NCBI RefSeq assembly: GCF_009914755.1
Contig: NC_060943.1
Source of the DNA: the human T2T-CHM13v2.0 reference genome, Homo sapiens
Reading direction: 5' to 3' (one strand)
Length of the DNA stretch: 64,000 bases
Each line of letters starts with the position of its first letter. Position 1 is the stretch's first letter. Shown one piece after another: positions 52,097 through 64,000 of this stretch. Under the pieces are notes generated by a model. That model searched no databases, was not told the DNA's origin, and saw only the letters and a list, made by a program, of their open reading frames with translations. Position numbers and translations under genes: made by a program.

Positions 52097-52279
52097 GCAG
52101 TCCTTCCTCAGAGTGGGCGGTACTTCCACGAGAGTGCGCAGCCTTTCCTCAGACTGCGCAGTCCTTCCTCAGAGTGCACGGTCCTTCCTCAGAGTGGGCG
52201 GTACTTCCACAAGAGTGCTCAGCCCTTCCTCAGACTGCGCAGTCCTTCCTCAGAGTGCACAGTCCTTTCTCGGAGTGTG
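52097..52279. repeat. 20/21-bp monomer repeat with 81-bp higher-order period (~9 monomers)
   Basis: Monomers like gcagtccttcctcagagtg(c/g) are arranged A-B-C-D-A-B-C-D-A. Confidence 0.88.
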
Positions 52280-52463
52280 CAGGCCCCAGCCAGACAGACT
52301 GGCACAGGTGCATCCGCAGAAGGTCCTGCATAGCGCTGTTCCTCATGGTGCTGCTTGGGATGGCAGAGAATCAGAGCAACGTAAATGTCCGTTACTAGGA
52401 GAGGGGGAACGAAGAAACATTGTTCAGGAAAAGTACCGAAACGTGGAAGTAGGCAAAATGTCA

Positions 52464-53147
<684 letters not shown>

Positions 53148-53246
53148 TTAATTCTACTCAATTTCCCTGGGTGACTGCCCCTCCCCTCACCCCTTCCTCT
53201 CCCCTGCTAAAGGGTTCCGGCTCTGGGGTTCCATACACCAGGTTCA

Positions 53247-53621
<375 letters not shown>

Positions 53622-53874
53622 TCATCACCCAGTTCCTTCAGCCCTTCCTTCCTCCACCCCACTACAGGACTTTTGCACAGGCCATTGGCTCCACATATTA
53701 ATAAAATGTTGTTCTTTCTTCCTGCATTTGCCTAGTGAACACAAGAGCAAAACTCCATCTCAAAAAAAAAATAAATAAAAAATAAATAAAATAAGGGCAT
53801 GAATCCCATTCACAAGGATGAAGCCCTCATGATGTGATCATGTCCCAAAAGTCCTACCTATTTACTATCTATTG

Positions 53875-53875
<1 letters not shown>

Positions 53876-53920
<45 letters not shown>

Positions 53921-53953
53921 GTTATATCTCCATCTGTCCATCCATCCATCCAT
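53876..53953. repeat. (TCTA)n + (TCCA)n tetranucleotide STR inside an LTR relic
   Basis: About 11 TCTA units followed by TCCA units. Confidence 0.92.
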
Positions 53954-54865
53954 CCCTAGACTGCTCAACAGACACGCTACCTCTTAATATTCTCACGTTG
54001 GGTATTAGTTTTCATCATATGAATCTTCAGGGGACTCTAACATTCAATCCATAACATGGGGGTTACAGTGAGGGCTAAATGGGGGGAGTCCACAAGTCAT
54101 GCTCACGCCTGTAATCCCAGTGCTTAGGAGGCCGCTGCAGGCTGATCACTTGAGGTCAGGAGTTTGAGGCCAGCCAGGCCAACATGGTAAAACCTCATAT
54201 CTACTAAAAATACAAAAATTAGCTGGTGTGGTGGTGCTCAACTGTAGTCTCAGCTACTAAGAAGGCCGAGGCAGGAGAATGGCTTGAACCCGGGAGGCGG
54301 AGGTTGCTGTGAGCCAAGATGGCACCACTACACTCCAGGCTTGGGTGACACACAGCAAGACTCCATCTCAAAAAAAAAGAAAAGAAAAGAAAAAGAAAAA
54401 AAAGAAAAGTTCCGGGCGTATTGGCTCACGCCTGTAATCCCAGCACTTTGGGAGGCCAAGGGGGGCAGGTCACTTGAGATCAAGAGCTCTAGACCAGCCT
54501 AACAAACATGGTGAAACCCTGTCTTTACTAGAAATACAAAAATTAGCCGGGCATGGTGGCGGGCGCCTGTAATCCCAGCTACTCGGGAGGCTGAGGCAGG
54601 AGAATCACTTGAACCGGGAAGCTGAGATTACAGTGAGCCAAGATCACGCCACTGCACTCCAGCCCGGGCAACACAGCCAGACTCTGTCTCAAAAAAAAAC
54701 AATAAAAAAAAACCCCAAAAAATCATTAAATATTCACGATTTTGGGGGGGCAGTGGTGAGCCAGTTGTTAAACTGTTGGTATGTTGAAATTGGCCCTAAT
54801 GGAATATTTACACTATGGGAATTGGCTAACAGTACAAATGCAGGCATTTATTTTATTTTATTTTA

Positions 54866-55126
<261 letters not shown>

Positions 55127-55230
55127 CTACAGTTACTTGAATGACAGTGACTCTGTCTCAGAAAACAAACAAACAAACAAATAGAAAAACACAGAAATCT
55201 AGATCTTTATGTAAAAGTTTTGAAACCCTA

Positions 55231-55596
<366 letters not shown>

Positions 55597-55847
55597 TCAG
55601 TTTACCAAAGAGGAGATGGAGGCCCAGAAGTCTGTAGTGAATTCCCTGCAGCCCCATAGCGGGCCAGTGAAATGTGAGGTTGTTTCCTCATTGCTCTGAG
55701 AGTTGGCATTGAGTGAAGATGAGTCCCCAACCCCTCCTCTCTGGGGGATGAAGTGGTAGAAATGGCTGGCAGGGAGGCTGAGGTTGGAGCAACACTGACC
55801 TTTGGAATTATGGGCAGGAAATGTGTGGGGCTTTTTTTTTTTTTTAG

Positions 55848-56205
<358 letters not shown>

Positions 56206-56405
56206 TAATTTGGGTTCATGGTAAGGAAGAACTGATCCAGGGAGACGATGGAATATTCAGCACAATGGACAGAGACATTTCCTCCAAGCTGAGTTAGGGG
56301 AAAGAAAGGTGCAGACTTCCCCGCCCCCAGTGCTGACCTCCCATCTCAGGTGGGGAAGAGAAATAAAGCTTTTGTACACGTTTTTTTTGTTTTGTTTTGT
56401 TTTGA

Positions 56406-56513
<108 letters not shown>

Positions 56514-56813
56514 TAGCTGGGATTACAGGTTTGTGCCACCATGCCCGGCTAATTTTTGTATTTTTAGTAGAGACAGGGTTTCACCATGTTGGCCAGGCTG
56601 GTCTCGAACTCCTGACCTCTTGATCCGCCCGCCTCGGCCTCCCAAAGTGCTGGGATTACAGGCGTGAGCCGCCGCGCCCGGCCCTGTACGGATTGCTTTT
56701 AACTTGCACAAGGACTATCCCCTCCCACTTTTCATTGTTTCGTTTAGTGTATAGATGGGGAATTCTTTGGTGAGATGCAAAGACAAATATAGGTTTACAT
56801 TTTGACATCTTAG

Positions 56814-57044
<231 letters not shown>

Positions 57045-57285
57045 TGAGCTCAGGCAATTTGCCTGCCTTGAACTCCCAAAGTGCTGGGATTACAGGTGTG
57101 GACCACTGCACCTGGCTGTTTTTTATGAATGGCGAACTGCTGGATGACACAGAATGTGGGCATGGATTTTTAAAGCCTGCCTAGCTCACAAGGGGTAAAA
57201 TGTGTCTATTTAGGAAGATATGCCCATTGACATCTGAACACCGAAAAACACCTCCATGCTGTAGCCCTTCCTCAAACCATTATGA

Positions 57286-57589
<304 letters not shown>

Positions 57590-58273
57590 TAGTAGAGATG
57601 AGGGTTCGCCATGTTGAGCAGGCTAGTCCCGAACTCCTGACCTCAAGTGATCCCACGCCTCGGCCTCCCAAAGTACTGGGATTACAGGTATGAGCCTCTG
57701 CACCCCATGAGAGTAGATTTTAAATGCTTTCAGTACAAAACGATGTCTACGAGCTGGTGGATGTGTTAATTAGCCCAATTTAATAATTTTACAGTGTATA
57801 CATAGATCAAAACATTATGCTGTATGCCATAAATAGATTCAATTTGTATTTGTAAATTTAAAAAAATTTTAAGAAAAAAATAAGCAAATACATAAATAAG
57901 TAAATAGACATATTTTTAAATGGTGGTCATAATAAATGTCCCTGAGAAGAGGATAGGAAGTCATCCACACGTAGCTGGCAAGAACATTCCAGGCAGAGAC
58001 AATGGCAGAATGCACTCTCTTTTCCCACTCTTGTCAACATTCTACCTGCTTTTCAATTTAACTAATATCATCTGTGCACCTACAGAAAAAACAAAAGCCA
58101 GCTGGGCACGGTGGCTCACACCTGTAATCCCAGCACTTTGGGAGGCCGAGGCAGGTGGATCACGAGGTCAGGAAATCAAGACCATCCTGGCTAACACGGT
58201 GAAACCCCGTCTCTACTAGAAATACAAAAAAAAATTAGCCGGGCGCCGTGGCGGGCACCAGTAGTCCCAGCTA

Positions 58274-58381
<108 letters not shown>

Positions 58382-58384
58382 TCA

Positions 58385-58820
<436 letters not shown>

Positions 58821-58873
58821 TCAGGAGATCAAGACCATCCTGGCTAACATGGTGAAAAACCCTGTCTCTATTA

Positions 58874-59038
<165 letters not shown>

Positions 59039-59951
59039 TCAAGAAAAAAAAAAAAAGAGAAGAAGAAGAAAGAAAAAACAAAAGCCAGAAAGACACAACT
59101 CAGCCCACCAACATGGGAGAGCATGTCATTTCCCACCTGGGCGCCTCCGGTGTACACTGTTTCCCGCTTTCCTTCTGATTCAAGGTCACGGGAGGCTGCT
59201 GGCTGCTTCTGCACTCTTGTTTTTGTAACTGGATGTCCGGGACCTTTGGAAGGCGAAGGCACCTGCTTATTTCATCTCCTCCCCACCGTTGTCATGGGCC
59301 AAACTCCAGGATGTCCTTCCGCCCTGGTTAGCTCCCGCCATGAGTCAGCCCTCTCCTCTCCACGTGCCCCCACTTGAACCACTCCTGTGAATGCAGCGTC
59401 AGCATCGATGATGTATTTCACATGCAGCTCTCAGCTTTGGACATTGCGTTGGCTCCCCTTCACTCTGACTCACCTTGACTCTGCACAGAAATGCTCCTGG
59501 GAGAGAACGCTGACACTTCTCTTCCTGACTGCAGATTCCCGTCCTGTGGCCGCTTCCACATCTGAATCTTTCCAATAGTGGGATTTTCAGCCTCACCCAC
59601 CCATGCCTCTTTGAAAAGCTAAGAATGCAACCCCTCTTGTTCAATAATTCAGTTAGGTGTTTCTAGCACATGACCAATACTTAGGTCTTTTCCAGCCCCT
59701 CCCATGAACTTTCCCTAAAAAATGTAACTTTCTCAAGTAAAATGGGAATCTTTCTGTGGTGCTGGTGGGACTGAAAACTGGTATGTGATTGTCGAAAGGC
59801 AATCTGGATGTGTATACTAAGAATCCCAGAGGCTGGGCGTGGTGGCTCACACCTGTAATCCCAGCATTTTGAGAGGCCGAGGCAGGTGCATCACCTGAGG
59901 TCAGGAGTTCAAGACCAGCCTGGCCAACATGGTGAAACCCCATCTCTTCTA

Positions 59952-60222
<271 letters not shown>

Positions 60223-60279
60223 CTAAAAAGGAGTGAACTGTTGACACACACCACAGCGTGGATGAATCTCATGCACTAA

Positions 60280-60676
<397 letters not shown>

Positions 60677-61125
60677 TAAATAACAAATTAGAAAAACACA
60701 ACCACAAGGAAACTGTGGGATGTGGTGATGGTGTCAGGGACGTTTGTGTCCACACTCGTCACATGGTAACATTACGTGCGTTTTTGGTACACCAATTATA
60801 CCTCAATAATGTGGTTTTGAAAATAAATCTAACTCAAATGGCTTAAGTGTGGCAGGGAGCAGGAAGCGCAGAGGTGGGGGCCGCCAGGCTCCCAGGCCCA
60901 GCTCCCGGTGTTTCCCAATGCCTGGGGCTCAGCTGCGGCCTGGGCTTTACGCCCCCTCCTGGCGACAGAAGACATAGCGGCTCCCCGACTTCAGGCTTCT
61001 CCCACAACATCCAGGAAGGGAGGAAGAGAGAGGAGGGGGAGAAGGAATGGGGGCAAAGGGAGAGGGGAAGCGGGAGACAGACCAGAGAAATGAAATGTGG
61101 TGAAATGTAAGCATTTGGAAAATCA

Positions 61126-61532
<407 letters not shown>

Positions 61533-61620
61533 CTAGTACTTTGGGAGGTCTCGACAGGAAGATCACTTGAGTCCAGGAGTTCTAGACCAGCCTGGGAAAC
61601 ATAGCAAGACTCGATCTCTA

Positions 61621-62275
<655 letters not shown>

Positions 62276-62675
62276 CTACCCACACTGAAGGAAAGAGAGA
62301 GGGAAGGATCTGTTCAGATCCCAGTCTCCTTCTCACCCCCAGGCCAGGCATAGAGTCCACACCCTCATGGCATGTGGGGCGCCTGGAGGAGCTGCAGGCA
62401 TTTAACTAAAAGCCAGCCAGATTCATCTCCAGCCAGAGCCAGGTGGATGCTGGGTCAGAAACTGCAGCGTCCTCTGAAGGAAAGGGTGCTCGTGTCTGTA
62501 GCTTGCATTTACTAAGAGGGACACAGACTCAGTTACAGAAATGAGAAGAAAGATGGCCGGGTGAGGTGGCTCACACCTGTAATACCAGCATTTTGGGAGG
62601 CCGAGGAGGGCAAATCACCTGAGGTCAGGAATTCGAGACCAGTCTGAACAACATGGTGAAACCCCATCTCTACTA

Positions 62676-62966
<291 letters not shown>

Positions 62967-63188
62967 CTACCCCATTTACTTTTCAGAAACTAGCTAATGG
63001 GCCGTGAGGCAAGGACTTCCCACTGTTTCTCTGACCCTCCATTGGGCTCCAGGTAACCCAACTTCAAGCTCTCAGCGTCGCCTCCTCAGTCCTGTCTCCC
63101 GTGCAGTGGGCGTCACTCCCTCCTCCTTTCTCCTTCCCAGCAAAGCCATTCACACCTTCTTGTCAGTTTGTCTTCTATAAAAGCTTCC

Positions 63189-63260
63189 CCCTCCTCCTCC
63201 TCCCCTGCCCACTCCTCCTCCTCCTCCTCCTCCTCCTCCTCCTCCTCCTCCTCGTTGTTG
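63189..63260. repeat. (CCT)n trinucleotide repeat
   Basis: About 14 consecutive ctc/cct units at 63212-63253 plus a short upstream run. Confidence 0.92.
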
Positions 63261-64000
63261 TCATCCTCTGGATGAGAAGTGAGGGACTTGGAGAAACAGC
63301 GGAGGGGGCTCAGGAGCCCACCAGGGTGTCTGTAATCCCCCACGTCGTCTTCTCACTCCATCCCTCTCCTGGGGTCTCCCTTTCCCCTTGGGATGAGAAA
63401 GGATGGGGTAAGGGCTGATGGGGATGTGTAAAGACAGGACAGAGATACAAGTGCCAGCCACAAACCGACAGAATGCTGGAAGGACCTTGGAGGCAATGTG
63501 TCCTCCACGGTGGAGAGGAGGAGACAGAACCCAGCCAGGACCAGGGCGTCCCCTCTGTCCCTTAGACAGCAAAGGGCAACAGCAAGAGTAAAACCTCTTC
63601 CAAGGTTCTTTCCTCTGGAAAGCAGGTGACGTCGGGCAAAGAGAGAGCGTGCTGCAGAGACAGATAGATCAACACACATGACAGGAGAGAGACGCAGCAA
63701 CGACACACTCCTTATTCGTTCACCCAACAAGTATTGAGTGAGCTCCGGGCACTGTTTTAGGGGCTGCTGTGAGGTTTCTCATCTTTGGAGCTATTGACTT
63801 TCGGGGCTGGGTCCTTCCCATCGGGGAGGCCTTTCCTGAGCACTGTGGGAGGCTGAGCCGCGTCCCTGGCTTCCACCCACGAGATGCCGGGAGTCCCTCC
63901 CAAGTCCCAAGTAAAGATGTCTCCAGCCGGGCGCGGTGGCTCACGCCTGTAATCCCAGCACTTTGAGAGGCTGAGGCGGGAAGATCACGAGGTCAGGAGT

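Noticed and set aside
63113-63343. Poly-Glu ORF (- strand) and poly-Leu ORF (+ strand)
   Set aside because: Both are readings of the (CCT)n repeat; no convincing acceptor or start context.

Overview
Primate (almost certainly human) euchromatic DNA that is GC-rich and Alu-dense, with roughly 50 Alu copies. It contains one complete protein-coding gene, ZNF444 (SCAN domain plus 4 C2H2 zinc fingers, + strand). Its coding exons are 35793-36089, 47375-47483 and 48505-49082 (984 nt, 327 aa), with a NAGNAG acceptor giving a +/-Ala isoform, a non-coding exon at 35128-35301, a CpG-island promoter near 29.3-30.8 kb carrying three tandem ZNF143/THAP11 motifs, and AATAAA at 49748. A second CpG-island promoter (~9.2-10.6 kb, ETS/GABPA-rich) has a minus-strand first-exon donor. 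From recalled 19q13.43 gene order this is ZNF787, head-to-head with ZNF444, so 1-10 kb would be its intron 1; no ZNF787 coding sequence is visible. The rest is mostly SINE/LINE/LTR/DNA-transposon relics. The most unusual structure is a set of minisatellites: 54, 48, 36/37 and 78 bp units plus a 20/81-bp higher-order repeat, most of which seem to have arisen inside different old transposable elements. The 78-bp intronic array multiplies a CTCF-like site and E-boxes about 15 times. Nearly all long ORFs in the track are repeat or CpG-island artefacts. I found no evidence of a novel protein-coding system, CRISPR array or RNA gene. Repeat family names are from recalled consensus sequences and boundaries are approximate.
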